Below, piece by piece: positions 1-10,617 of a DNA stretch of 64,000 nt. Both the position numbers and the translations under genes were made by a program. This DNA is from Prolixibacteraceae bacterium (GTDB lineage Bacteria > Bacteroidota > Bacteroidia > Bacteroidales > Prolixibacteraceae). How positions within the stretch are numbered: position 1 is the first letter of the stretch; every line of letters begins with the position of its first letter. Under the pieces are notes generated by a model. The model was not told the DNA's origin. It saw nothing but the letters and a program-made list of their open reading frames with translations, and did no database searches. The DNA is taken from assembly GCA_963666575.2 (NCBI GenBank), contig CAXXYG010000013.1, positions 32,099 to 96,098 on the forward strand, written 5' to 3'.

Positions 1-1322
1 TGCTTTCAGCGTTACTATTTGCCTTCATCTCAATCACTTTTGCCCAGAAGGATTATGTTCCATCTGAAGAAAACCTTAAAAATCGCGAATGGTTTCAGGA
101 TGCAAAATTTGGATTATTTGTGCATTGGGGTGTCTACTCGAACATGGCAGGTGGAGGTGACATGGGTATTGCCGAATGGATTATGAATCAAAAAGAAATC
201 CCAATCATCCAATATGAAAAATTACCGTCGTTTTTTAACCCTGTGGATTTTGACCCTGCGGAATGGGTTTCGCTTGTAAAAAAAGCCGGAATGAAATACA
301 TTACCATTACCAGTAAACACCACGATGGATTTGCAATGTACAATTCAAAAGTAAGTGATTATAATATTGTTAAACGCACACCTTACAAAAAAGATATTCT
401 GAGAATGCTAAAAGATGAATGTGATAAACAAGGTGTAAAATTGTTTTTTTACCATTCACAACTCGACTGGCACCACCCCGATTATTATCCGCGTGGAAGA
501 ACAGGGCAAGGTTATACCGGCAGGCCCGAAAGTGGCAATTTCAGTAAATATATTGATTACATGAATGCGCAATTAACTGAGTTACTTACGAACTATGGCG
601 ACATTGGTGGAATTTGGTTCGATGGTATGTGGGACAAAAAAGACGCTCCCTGGCGCCTGGATGATACTTACAGCTTAATACACCAGCTACAACCCGGAGC
701 ATTAATTGGAAGTAATCACCATCTAGCTCCAATTCCGGGCGAAGATTTCCAAATGTTTGAAAGGGATTTGCCAGGCGAAAATTCGATGGGTTTTAACCAA
801 ACCGGCAGTATTTCGGAATTACCACTCGAAATGTGCGAAACAATGAATGGGTCATGGGGATTTAACATAAAGGACCAGGACTACAAATCCACAAAAAGAT
901 TGATACAAACCATGGTAAAGGCAGCTGGATTTGGTGCAAATTTTTTACTAAATACCGGCCCAATGCCAAATGGGAAAATACAACCTGAAAATGTTCAAAC
1001 CCTTCTGGAAATGGGGCAATGGTTGGAAAAAAATGGTGAAACAATTTACAGCACCCGAAAAGGGCCTATATCTCCCAAAAAATGGGGTGCTACAACTTTA
1101 AAAAATAATACTATATTTGTGCATGTGTTGGAATTGGAAGATGAAAATTTGTTGATTCCAAATATATCGGGGAAAATAAAATCGGCCACTTTTTATGAAA
1201 GTGGCGAAAAAGTAACTTTCAAAGTAACTGATTATGGTATTTTATTTAACATCCCTAAAGAAAAACAAAATAAAATTGATACTATAATTAAGATTACAAT
1301 TAAAAAAACGACAACTACTTAG
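1..1322 (+). CDS. alpha-L-fucosidase (GH29), 5' end cut by window edge
   Basis: The frame is open from nt 3 upstream of the listed ORF and encodes a signal-peptide-like LSALLFAFISITFAQ. GH29-like motifs FGLFVHWGVYS and SKHHDGFAMYNS are present. Confidence 0.85.
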   Translation, partial: LSALLFAFISITFAQKDYVPSEENLKNREWFQDAKFGLFVHWGVYSNMAGGGDMGIAEWIMNQKEIPIIQYEKLPSFFNPVDFDPAEWVSLVKKAGMKYITITSKHHDGFAMYNSKVSDYNIVKRTPYKKDILRMLKDECDKQGVKLFFYHSQLDWHHPDYYPRGRTGQGYTGRPESGNFSKYIDYMNAQLTELLTNYGDIGGIWFDGMWDKKDAPWRLDDTYSLIHQLQPGALIGSNHHLAPIPGEDFQMFERDLPGENSMGFNQTGSISELPLEMCETMNGSWGFNIKDQDYKSTKRLIQTMVKAAGFGANFLLNTGPMPNGKIQPENVQTLLEMGQWLEKNGETIYSTRKGPISPKKWGATTLKNNTIFVHVLELEDENLLIPNISGKIKSATFYESGEKVTFKVTDYGILFNIPKEKQNKIDTIIKITIKKTTTT

Positions 1323-1367
1323 TTAAAGATACCTTATATCACCTACTTTTTGAAAAACAAACGTTCT

Positions 1368-1400
1368 AAACGGCTACTAAGAAATTAGTGGCCGTTTTTT
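1368..1400 (+). terminator. rho-independent terminator after the fucosidase gene
   Basis: An 11-bp stem (aaacggctact / agtggccgttt, one G-U pair) with an 8-nt loop runs into a T6 tract. Confidence 0.6.
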
Positions 1401-1545
1401 ATTCAGAACCATTATTAATAGAACATATTTACGTATCTATATGTATAAAATTATTATTTTCATGGCACTTAAAAAAGCTGCAACTTTTTAGGTATTTTAT
1501 TGTTAAAGAATTAAACGATTTTATAAAAAAACTAAAAATAATAAC

Positions 1546-3804
1546 ATGTTCGATTTAGACCTGATAAAAAAGGTATATGCTGAATTACCTGGAAAAATAC
1601 AAAAAGCAAAAAATACTTTAGGGAGGCCCTTAACCTATTCCGAAAAAATTCTTTATTCGCACCTGTTTGAAACACAACAGATTGACAATCTCGAACGAGG
1701 TAAAGCATATGTCGATTTTGCCCCCGACAGGGTAGCTATGCAGGATGCCACAGCTCAAATGGCTTTGCTCCAGTTTATGAATTCGGGTAAAAAAACCACT
1801 GCCGTTCCTTCTACAGTCCATTGCGATCATTTAATACAGGCACAGGTTGAAGGAAAAGCCGATTTACTGGTTGCCAAAAACATGAACAGTGAAGTGTTTG
1901 ATTTTCTGGAATCGGTATCAAATAAATACGGTATTGGTTTTTGGAAGCCAGGTGCAGGTATTATTCACCAGGTTGTATTAGAAAATTATGCTTTCCCGGG
2001 TGGAATGATGATAGGAACCGACTCACATACAGTTAATGCTGGAGGCCTTGGAATGGTTGCAATTGGCGTTGGTGGTGCTGATGCGGTAGATGTTATGGCA
2101 GGCATGGCATGGGAACTTAAAATGCCAAAATTAATTGGTGTAAAATTAACCGGAAAATTAAATGGCTGGTCGGCACCAAAAGATGTTATTTTAAAAGTTG
2201 CCGGAATTTTAACTGTTAAAGGTGGTACTGGCGCTATCGTTGAATATTTTGGAGAAGGCGCCGAATCACTTTCAGCAACAGGTAAAGGTACCATCTGTAA
2301 TATGGGAGCCGAAATTGGTGCAACCACCAGCATTTTTGCTTATGACGAAAGTATTAGTAGGTACCTTGAAGCAACAGGAAGAAAAGAAGTTGCTCAACTG
2401 GCAAATGAAATAAAACAGCATCTGTCTGCCGATCCTGAAGTATATGAAAATCCTGATTTATATTACGATCAGCTAATTGAAATAAACTTGTCGGAATTAG
2501 AACCACATATTAATGGGCCATTTACACCCGACCGTGCTACACCAATATCCCGGATGGCTGAGGTGGTAAAAGAAAATGGCTGGCCAAATAAAGTTTCAGT
2601 TGGGTTAATAGGCAGTTGCACCAACTCTTCATACGAAGACATTTCACGGGCTTCATCAATTGCCAAACAAGCAGTTGATAAAGGACTTCAAGCTCAGGCT
2701 GAATTTACAATAACCCCCGGCTCTGAGCAGGTGAGGTATACCATTGAACGCGACGGCTTTATCGATGTTTTTGAAAACATGGGTGGCAAAGTTTTTGCCA
2801 ATGCTTGCGGTCCTTGTATCGGTCAATGGGCGCGCCCGGGAGCTGAAAAACAGGAAAAAAATACCATTGTCCATTCTTTTAACAGGAACTTTTCAAAACG
2901 TGCCGATGGGAACCCAAACACACACGCTTTTGTGACTTCGCCTGAAATTGTAACAGCTCTTGCCATTGCAGGACGATTGGATTTTAATCCCATTACCGAT
3001 ACGCTAACCAATACCAAAGGGGAGCAGGTAAAATTAGATCCACCTACAGGAGAAGAATTGCCTTCAAAAGGTTTTGATGTAAAAGACCCTGGATTTCAAG
3101 CTCCTTCAGAGAATGGCGCAACCATAGAAATTAATGTGGCTACCGATTCAAAAAGGCTGCAATTATTATCGCCTTTTAAGCCATGGGAAGGGAATAATAT
3201 AAATGGCGCAAAACTATTAATTAAAGCTTTGGGGAAATGTACTACCGACCATATATCGATGGCTGGCCCATGGTTAAGGTTCCGCGGCCATTTAGATAAT
3301 ATTTCGAACAACATGCTTATTGGTGCAGTCAATGCCTTTAGCAGCGAAATAAACAAAGTAAAAAATCAAGTTACCGGCGAATTTGATGAAGTACCAAAAG
3401 TACAACGTTTTTATAAAGAAAATGGGATACCAACTGTTGTAGTAGGTGACCACAATTATGGAGAAGGCTCTTCACGCGAACATGCAGCTATGGAGCCAAG
3501 GCACCTGGGAGTTGTAGCTGTAATTGTAAAATCATTTGCCCGAATTCATGAAACGAATCTGAAAAAACAGGGTATGTTAGGTTTAACTTTCGCCAACGAA
3601 AACGATTACGATAAAATAATGGAAGATGACACCTTCAATTTCTTAGACCTTGTGCTTTTTACTGAAGGAAAACCACTTCATGTTGAAGTAGTCCATTCAA
3701 ACAAAACAAAAGAAATTATTGAATTAAACCACACATTTAATCAACAACAAATTGAGTGGTTTAAAGCAGGCTCAGCCTTAAATTTAATTCGTAAACAAAA
3801 TTAG
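1546..3804 (+). CDS. acnA: aconitate hydratase (mitochondrial-like aconitase A)
   Basis: 752 aa. Fe-S ligand and active-site motifs GTDSHT, GSCTNSS and CGPCIGQW are present. Length and sequence resemble mitochondrial-type aconitase. Confidence 0.92.
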   Translation: MFDLDLIKKVYAELPGKIQKAKNTLGRPLTYSEKILYSHLFETQQIDNLERGKAYVDFAPDRVAMQDATAQMALLQFMNSGKKTTAVPSTVHCDHLIQAQVEGKADLLVAKNMNSEVFDFLESVSNKYGIGFWKPGAGIIHQVVLENYAFPGGMMIGTDSHTVNAGGLGMVAIGVGGADAVDVMAGMAWELKMPKLIGVKLTGKLNGWSAPKDVILKVAGILTVKGGTGAIVEYFGEGAESLSATGKGTICNMGAEIGATTSIFAYDESISRYLEATGRKEVAQLANEIKQHLSADPEVYENPDLYYDQLIEINLSELEPHINGPFTPDRATPISRMAEVVKENGWPNKVSVGLIGSCTNSSYEDISRASSIAKQAVDKGLQAQAEFTITPGSEQVRYTIERDGFIDVFENMGGKVFANACGPCIGQWARPGAEKQEKNTIVHSFNRNFSKRADGNPNTHAFVTSPEIVTALAIAGRLDFNPITDTLTNTKGEQVKLDPPTGEELPSKGFDVKDPGFQAPSENGATIEINVATDSKRLQLLSPFKPWEGNNINGAKLLIKALGKCTTDHISMAGPWLRFRGHLDNISNNMLIGAVNAFSSEINKVKNQVTGEFDEVPKVQRFYKENGIPTVVVGDHNYGEGSSREHAAMEPRHLGVVAVIVKSFARIHETNLKKQGMLGLTFANENDYDKIMEDDTFNFLDLVLFTEGKPLHVEVVHSNKTKEIIELNHTFNQQQIEWFKAGSALNLIRKQN

Positions 3805-3880
3805 AAATTTACTAACCGTAAAATTGTTACATAAAACCAACAATTAAATCGGTAATAAAATAACCAGTAATTCAAAAAAA

Positions 3881-5107
3881 ATGCAAAAAATCAAAGTTAA
3901 AAATCCGGTAGTCGAACTGGATGGTGATGAAATGACACGTGTAATTTGGGATTTTATTAAAAAAAAATTAATTCTTCCTTATCTTGACATCGACCTCAAA
4001 TATTACGATTTGGGAATGGAAAACAGGGATGCCACCAATGACCAGGTGACAATCGATTCGGCACATGCCATTCAAAAATATGGAGTGGGTGTAAAATGTG
4101 CAACAATTACTCCTGATGAAGCAAGAGTTGAAGAATTTGGATTAAAAACCATGTGGAAATCGCCCAATGGGACTATCCGTAATATTCTGGGCGGCACTGT
4201 TTTTCGAGAACCAATTTTGATCAATAATATTCCCCGGCTAGTCCCTGGCTGGACCAAACCCATCTGTATTGGAAGGCATGCATTTGGAGACCAATACCGG
4301 GCTACCGATTTTCTGACCAAAGGGAAAGGGAAATTAACTATCACTTTTACTCCAGAAGATGGTAGTGAACCAATTCACCATAACGTATACGATTTTGAAG
4401 GCGATGGAATTGCCATGGCTATGTACAATACTGATGAATCGATCCGTGGTTTTGCCCATTCATGTATGCAGCAAGCCATTGTTAAAAAATGGCCTTTGTA
4501 TTTATCAACAAAAAATACCATCTTAAAAAAGTACGATGGCAGGTTTAAGGACCTTTTTCAGGAAATTTATGATGCTAATTACAAAGAAAAATTTGAAGAA
4601 CTTGGAATTACATATGAGCACCGGTTAATAGACGACATGGTGGCCGCCGCAATGAAGTGGGAAGGTGGTTATGTGTGGGCATGCAAAAATTATGATGGAG
4701 ATGTTCAAAGTGATACCGTAGCGCAAGGTTTTGGTTCTTTGGGCTTAATGACCTCAACACTGGTTACTCCCGATGGAAAAACCATGGAAGCCGAAGCTGC
4801 TCATGGAACCGTAACCCGCCATTTCAGGCAACACCAACAAGGAAATCCAACTTCAACCAACCCAATTGCTTCCATATTTGCATGGACAAGGGGTTTGGCT
4901 TTCAGAGGTAAACTGGATAACAACCAGGAATTAATTGATTTTGCAAATAACCTTGAAACGGTTTGTATTGAAACAGTTGAAAGTGGTAAAATGACAAAAG
5001 ACCTGGCATTAATTATTCATGGGAAAGGCATTAAAAAAGAGAACTATTTAACTACTGAAGAATTTCTTTCGGCTTTAGATGTCAATTTGAACAAAAAAAT
5101 TGTATAA
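3881..5107 (+). CDS. icd: isocitrate dehydrogenase, NADP-dependent, eukaryote-like type II
   Basis: 408 aa. It is near-collinear with cytosolic/mitochondrial IDH1/2 motifs: [38 protein letters not shown] and [11 protein letters not shown]. Confidence 0.92.
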   Translation: MQKIKVKNPVVELDGDEMTRVIWDFIKKKLILPYLDIDLKYYDLGMENRDATNDQVTIDSAHAIQKYGVGVKCATITPDEARVEEFGLKTMWKSPNGTIRNILGGTVFREPILINNIPRLVPGWTKPICIGRHAFGDQYRATDFLTKGKGKLTITFTPEDGSEPIHHNVYDFEGDGIAMAMYNTDESIRGFAHSCMQQAIVKKWPLYLSTKNTILKKYDGRFKDLFQEIYDANYKEKFEELGITYEHRLIDDMVAAAMKWEGGYVWACKNYDGDVQSDTVAQGFGSLGLMTSTLVTPDGKTMEAEAAHGTVTRHFRQHQQGNPTSTNPIASIFAWTRGLAFRGKLDNNQELIDFANNLETVCIETVESGKMTKDLALIIHGKGIKKENYLTTEEFLSALDVNLNKKIV

Positions 5108-5142
5108 ATTTATAAGGTGCTGTTAAGTTGAAAAAAGAAAAA

Positions 5143-6417
5143 ATGGAATTCAATGGCAAAAATATTGAACTTTTAAACGGAAAATTAAAAGTTCCCGATT
5201 ATCCCATAATTCCTTTTATTGAAGGCGACGGGATAGGGAAAGACATTTCTCTGCCTTCGCATGCTGTTATTGACGCTGCCGTAAAAAAAGCCTATGGCCC
5301 ATCTAAAAAAATTGTTTGGAAAGAAGTTCTGGCTGGTGAAAAAGCTTTTAAACTTACCGGAAATTACCTTCCACAGGAAACAATTGATGCTTTTAAGGAA
5401 AACCTTGTTGGGATTAAAGGGCCTTTACAAACACCGGTTGGTGAAGGAATCAGGTCATTAAATGTGGCCTTGCGCCAAATCCTCGATTTATTTGTTTGCC
5501 TTCGCCCCATTAGGTGGTTTAAAGGAGTTCCTTCGCCTGTCAGATTTCCTTCGCTGGTTGACATGCATATTTTTCGTGAAAATACGGAAGATATTTACGC
5601 TGGAATTGAATACATGACAGGTGGAATTGATGCCAAAAAACTGAGGGATTTTTTGATTAACGAAATGGGTGTTGACCAAATTCGTTTCCCCGAATCATCA
5701 TCTTTTGGCATTAAACCAATTTCAAAAGAAGGGTCTGAACGGTTAATCAAAGCAGCCTTTCAATACGCCATCGAAAGAAAATTACCTTCGGTAACATTGG
5801 TACACAAGGGTAATATCATGAAATTCACAGAGGGTGCTTTTAAAAACTGGGGGTACGATTTAGCTGAAAATGAATTTGCCGGCGAAACTTTTACCTGGCG
5901 GCAATATGAACTTATAAAAACGGGCAAGGGGCAAATGGATGCCGATAAAGCCCTAAATGAAGCGAAAAAAGAGGGCAAAGTAATTATTAAAGATGTTATT
6001 ACTGACGCTTTCCTTCAGGAATCACTTTTACGGCCTTACGACCATTCGGTTATTGCTACAATGAATTTAAACGGCGACTATATTTCAGACCAGTTAGCAG
6101 CAATGGTAGGCGGTATTGGTATTTCGCCGGGAGCAAATATTAACTACCGAAACGGATATGCAATATTTGAAGCTACTCATGGTACAGCGCCGAACATTGC
6201 AGGTACAGGAAACGCAAATCCAAGTTCGTTGATACTTTCGGGGGTTATGATGTTGGAATACCTGGGTTGGGATATGGCGGCCGAATATGTGTACGATGCT
6301 ATGGAACACACTTTTGCAAAAAGAAAAGTAACTTCTGATTTGTTTAATCAAATGGAAGGTGCCACTTTGCTTTCAACGAGTGAGTTTACCACTGAAATTA
6401 TTAAAAACATACATTAA
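5143..6417 (+). CDS. icd: isocitrate dehydrogenase, prokaryotic type I (coenzyme pocket not NADP-like)
   Basis: E. coli Icd-like motifs are [24 protein letters not shown] and [11 protein letters not shown]. The ATG at 5143 is preferred over the TTG at 5128 given in the ORF track. Confidence 0.88.
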   Translation: MEFNGKNIELLNGKLKVPDYPIIPFIEGDGIGKDISLPSHAVIDAAVKKAYGPSKKIVWKEVLAGEKAFKLTGNYLPQETIDAFKENLVGIKGPLQTPVGEGIRSLNVALRQILDLFVCLRPIRWFKGVPSPVRFPSLVDMHIFRENTEDIYAGIEYMTGGIDAKKLRDFLINEMGVDQIRFPESSSFGIKPISKEGSERLIKAAFQYAIERKLPSVTLVHKGNIMKFTEGAFKNWGYDLAENEFAGETFTWRQYELIKTGKGQMDADKALNEAKKEGKVIIKDVITDAFLQESLLRPYDHSVIATMNLNGDYISDQLAAMVGGIGISPGANINYRNGYAIFEATHGTAPNIAGTGNANPSSLILSGVMMLEYLGWDMAAEYVYDAMEHTFAKRKVTSDLFNQMEGATLLSTSEFTTEIIKNIH

Positions 6418-6437
6418 AAAAGACAAAATAAAATACT

Positions 6438-7757
6438 ATGGAATATATTAAGAACAGGTTTTATCAAAAAGCCAGCAAGTGTACCAAAGAGTACCAACGG
6501 TTAAAAAAAGACCACTCAGACAAAGTAATTGCCAATGTTACAATTGGCCAGGTATTAACCGGTATGAAAGGTGTTCCCAGCCTTGTAACCGACACATCAA
6601 AACTCGATCCTGAAGAAGGAATCAGGTTCCGCGGTTATTCAATTCCTGAATTGCAACAAAAATTGCCACGCCTGAGCGAAGATGGAGAACCATTGCCAGA
6701 AGGGCTGTTCTACTTAATGCTCATTGGAGAGCTTCCTGAAAAAGACGATGTGCTAAATATATCGAAAGACTGGGCTACCAGGTCGCATGTACCGCAACAT
6801 ACTCTGGATGTGATTGATGCCATGCCAAAAAACTCAAAACCAATGACACAGTTTAGCGCTGCAATTATTTCAATGGCTACTGAGTCGGTTTTTCAGAAAG
6901 CCTACCGGGCCGGTGTTAATAAAAAATTCTATTGGGATTCAACTTACGAAGATGTAATGAATCTTATTGCCAAATTACCAGTTGTAGCGGCTTATATTTA
7001 CAGAAAAAATTTCCATAACGATCACCATATCGAAGCTAACCCCAACCTCGACTGGGCTGGAAACCTGGCTCACATGATGGGTTTTGATTCAGAAGATATC
7101 CGCAGGTTGTTCAGAATGTACATGGTTATCCATGCCGATCACGAAGGGGGAAATGTTTCAGCTCACACAGCCCACCTTGTAGGTTCTGCATTAAGTAATC
7201 CGTACTATGCTTATGGCGCAGCAATGACAGGGCTCGCAGGGCCGCTACACGGATATGCCAATCAGGATGTTATTCACTGGATCTTTGAAATGACAGAAGC
7301 TCTTGATACGGAAACTCCATCTGATAAACAAATTGCTGATTACTGTAAAATGACATTGGAAGAAGGCAGAGTGATTCCTGGTTATGGACATGCAGTATTA
7401 CGCAAAACTGACCCTAGATATACTGCTCAGGAAGAATTTGCTAATAAATACATCAAAGATGATAGTTTGGTGAATATTGTGAATCAGATATACAAAATTG
7501 TACCACCAATTCTTTCAGATGTAGCCAAAATTAAAAATCCTTGGCCGAATGTTGATGCTTATAGTGGTTCGTTGTTATATCACTATGGTATTAAGGAATA
7601 CACCTTCTACACTGTTTTATTTGGTGTATCAAGGGCATTAGGAGTTTTGGCATCGCTTGTAACTGACCGTTTGTATGGTATGCCAATTGAAAGGCCAACT
7701 TCTCATCCATTAAGATGGTTCCATGAACAAGCCCAAAGTGATTCAAAAGGCTGTTAA
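6438..7757 (+). CDS. gltA: citrate synthase (eukaryote-like)
   Basis: 439 aa with motifs HADHEGGNVS and GYGHAVLRKTDPRY. It is the last gene of the acnA-icd-icd-gltA operon. Confidence 0.92.
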   Translation: MEYIKNRFYQKASKCTKEYQRLKKDHSDKVIANVTIGQVLTGMKGVPSLVTDTSKLDPEEGIRFRGYSIPELQQKLPRLSEDGEPLPEGLFYLMLIGELPEKDDVLNISKDWATRSHVPQHTLDVIDAMPKNSKPMTQFSAAIISMATESVFQKAYRAGVNKKFYWDSTYEDVMNLIAKLPVVAAYIYRKNFHNDHHIEANPNLDWAGNLAHMMGFDSEDIRRLFRMYMVIHADHEGGNVSAHTAHLVGSALSNPYYAYGAAMTGLAGPLHGYANQDVIHWIFEMTEALDTETPSDKQIADYCKMTLEEGRVIPGYGHAVLRKTDPRYTAQEEFANKYIKDDSLVNIVNQIYKIVPPILSDVAKIKNPWPNVDAYSGSLLYHYGIKEYTFYTVLFGVSRALGVLASLVTDRLYGMPIERPTSHPLRWFHEQAQSDSKGC

Positions 7758-7773
7758 TAATCTATTATACTAT

Positions 7774-7816
7774 AAAAAAAATGAGGCTGTTTATAATTAA
7801 TAGCCTCATTTTTTTA
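7774..7816. terminator. bidirectional terminator between gltA (+) and the GH3 gene (-)
   Basis: Stem atgaggct / agcctcat with a 13-nt loop, flanked by an A7 run on the left and a T7 run on the right. Confidence 0.7.
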
Positions 7817-7828
7817 CTCATTATTTAT

Positions 7829-10474
7829 TTATTCAATAACTATTTGTTTTCCTTTTAACTTAATTTCCGCTAGTATTACTCCTGAGGTAAATGCATCAGC
7901 CGATCCCTTAAAACCAGGTTGTTTGCCACCAACAGATACCTTAAACAAACCAGGTTCAATTACGCGATCTCCTTTTTTATTAATGTTTGAGAATTGCCTT
8001 GCATTTAATTTAAATTCCACCTCTTTTACTTCGCCACTTTTTAGGAAAATCCGTTTAAATCCCTCAAGTTGCCGAATAGGCCTTACGGTACTGGCTTTTT
8101 CATCAGTAAGGTATAATTGAACAACTTCATCACCATCTTTTTGCCCCGAATTTTTAACGTTTACTTTTATGGTTACAGGCTCTCCAACTATACTTGTCTC
8201 AGGCAGCTTAATATCGGAATATTCAAACGTAGTATAACTTAGTCCAAAACCAAACGGATAGAGAGGTTCACCGGTAAAATATTTATAAGTACGTTCAGCC
8301 ATATCATAATTTTCGAAAGCCGGCAGCTGATTTACCGATTTATAATAGGTAACAGGCAACCTTCCTGCCGGATTTACATCACCAACCAGAACATCGGCAA
8401 CAGCATTTCCTCCCTCCTGCCCCGGGTATCCTGCCGAAATAATCGCATCTATATTTTCATTGGCCCAATTAATGGCTAACGCACTACCATTCATCAAAAC
8501 AAGGACAACAGGTGTGCCTGTGGCTTTAATTTTTTCCATTAATTCGCGTTGTGTATTTGGCAATTTTAAATGGGTACGGTCACCACCTGCAAAACCATCC
8601 ACCTCAATTGGCATTTCTTCCCCTTCGAGGCGCTGCGATAATCCCAAGACAAGAACTACAATGTCAGAATTTTGCGCCAATTCAACAGCTTCCAAAAGCA
8701 TATTAGGTTTTGGAACCGACCATAATAATTTTACATCACCATCGCCATGCCAGTTGTTATACTCATAAACTAATTTGTATTTTTTGCCGGCTTCCAGTTC
8801 AACAGCTTTCTCCTGGTGAAATGCATGGTGGATATTATTAACACTGTTCACCACTTCTCCATCAATAAAAATCTTTAACTCAGGCATTCCCCAACTTGCA
8901 ATCTGGTAAGTTCCCGAGTTAGGAGGCACTAAATAACCTGTCCATCTAATACTAAACGCATCAACTGGTAAATCAGGTGATGGTGATCCTGAATCCCAAT
9001 AAAAATTAATATTATTATCAATTCGTGTAAAAACCGGCTTCCCACCTAACGAATCGTTTGCAAAATACTCACCAATAATCCCTTGTTTTCCATCTTCGGT
9101 TTCGAGGTAACACGATGGAATTGGTTTAAGGTTGTGAATCCCTTCAGCCAAATCAGAACCTTCGGCATAGTTCACTTTAATTTTAGGTTCAAACTTGTTC
9201 TTAAGCCCCTGCAATACAGTTACCGGGTTTTTAGAGATCCCATTGTAATTACCAACCAAAGCTTCCCAATTATCGGCATTTGGCCCAATAACTGCAACCG
9301 ATTTAATATTTTTTGACAGGGGTAATATACCTCCCGAATTTTTTAATAAAACAATACTCTTTTGAGCAGCTTCACGTGGAAAGTGATTTATGAATATCGG
9401 AAGCGTTTACCGAAAAAAGGAATTTGTGCATATGGAACCATTTCTTCCGGATCGAACATACCCAATTTAAAAACGTGCTGTAAACAACCTGCTCACTGCC
9501 ACATCAATGTCTTTCTCTTCAATTATACCTCTTTTCACCGCCTCTGGTAAATATGGGTATGAATCTCCACAATTTAAATCAGTCCCTCCTTTTACAGCAG
9601 CAGCGGAAGCTTCGGCAGCATCTGCCCGAAAAATCCTGAAATTTATAAAAATCACTGATCGCCCCAACAGTCAGAAACAATGTACCCTTCAAAACCCCAA
9701 TCTTTTCGCAAAATATTTTCAAGAATAGGATTGGCACAAGCAGGATAATCACGGAATTGGTTATATGCTCCCATAACCGAATAAACATTACCTTTTTTCA
9801 CCAAATCTCTAAAAGCAGGTAGATATGTTTCGAATAAGTCAACATCACTTATTTGTGCATTAAAGATATGCCTTAATGACTCAGGCCCCGAATGAACCGC
9901 ATAATGTTTGGCTGTGGCAACTACCTTTAAATAATTGGGATCATTACCTTGCAATCCTCTAACAAATTGCACGCCCATTTGGCCAGTTAAATAGGGATCC
10001 TCACCATATGTTTCATGGCCTCTTCCCCATCGTGGATCGCGAAAAATATTAATATTAGGCGACCAAAAAGTTAATCCCTGGTAAATATTTCTTAATCCTT
10101 GCCTGGCAAATTCATGGTGTTTGGCACGGGCTTCATCCGAGATTGCAGTTTGCTACCCTGTACATTAAATTAGTATCCCATGATCCCGCTATTGTTATCG
10201 ATTGGGGGGAAAACCGTTGCGTAACCCGCCCTGGCAACTCCATGCAGACATTCATTCCACCAATTATAAGCAGGAACATCCAGCCTGTCAATGGCCCGGT
10301 GCCGTATAAACCATCTGGTCAATCTTTTCTTCCAGGGTCATCTGAGACACAAGATTTTCAACACGTTCCTGAATCGAATAATCAGTATTCAAATAAAGCA
10401 AGGGATCGGTTTGAGCTGTTGCTGTTACGGAGAAATAAGCCATAACAACAACTCAAAATAAATAGGTTTTTCAT
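7829..10474 (-). pseudogene. bglX: GH3 beta-glucosidase/beta-xylosidase with PA14 insert, multiply frameshifted in its 5' half
   Basis: The C-terminal 476 aa (7829-9259) are intact and carry a PA14-like segment (FSIRWTGYL) and the GH3 C-terminal domain. N-terminal GH3 pieces (KHYAVHSGPE, GYIVSDCWG, DAAEASAAAVKGGTDLNCG, RLDVPAYNWWNECLHGVA) are spread over all three frames between 9260 and 10474, with at least 6 frame changes. The signal-peptide ATG is at 10474. Confidence 0.75.
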
Positions 10475-10617
10475 AATAATCTGGCTTGACTGTTCTGTTT
10501 CGTTCTGTTAGCAAAGATAAATGATTCTATTCAATATAAAACTATTTTTACAGCAGGAAATTAATAATTATCTCTTGGCCTCCTCCATTTCTTTTGTACT
10601 TTTAAACAAAAAATTCA

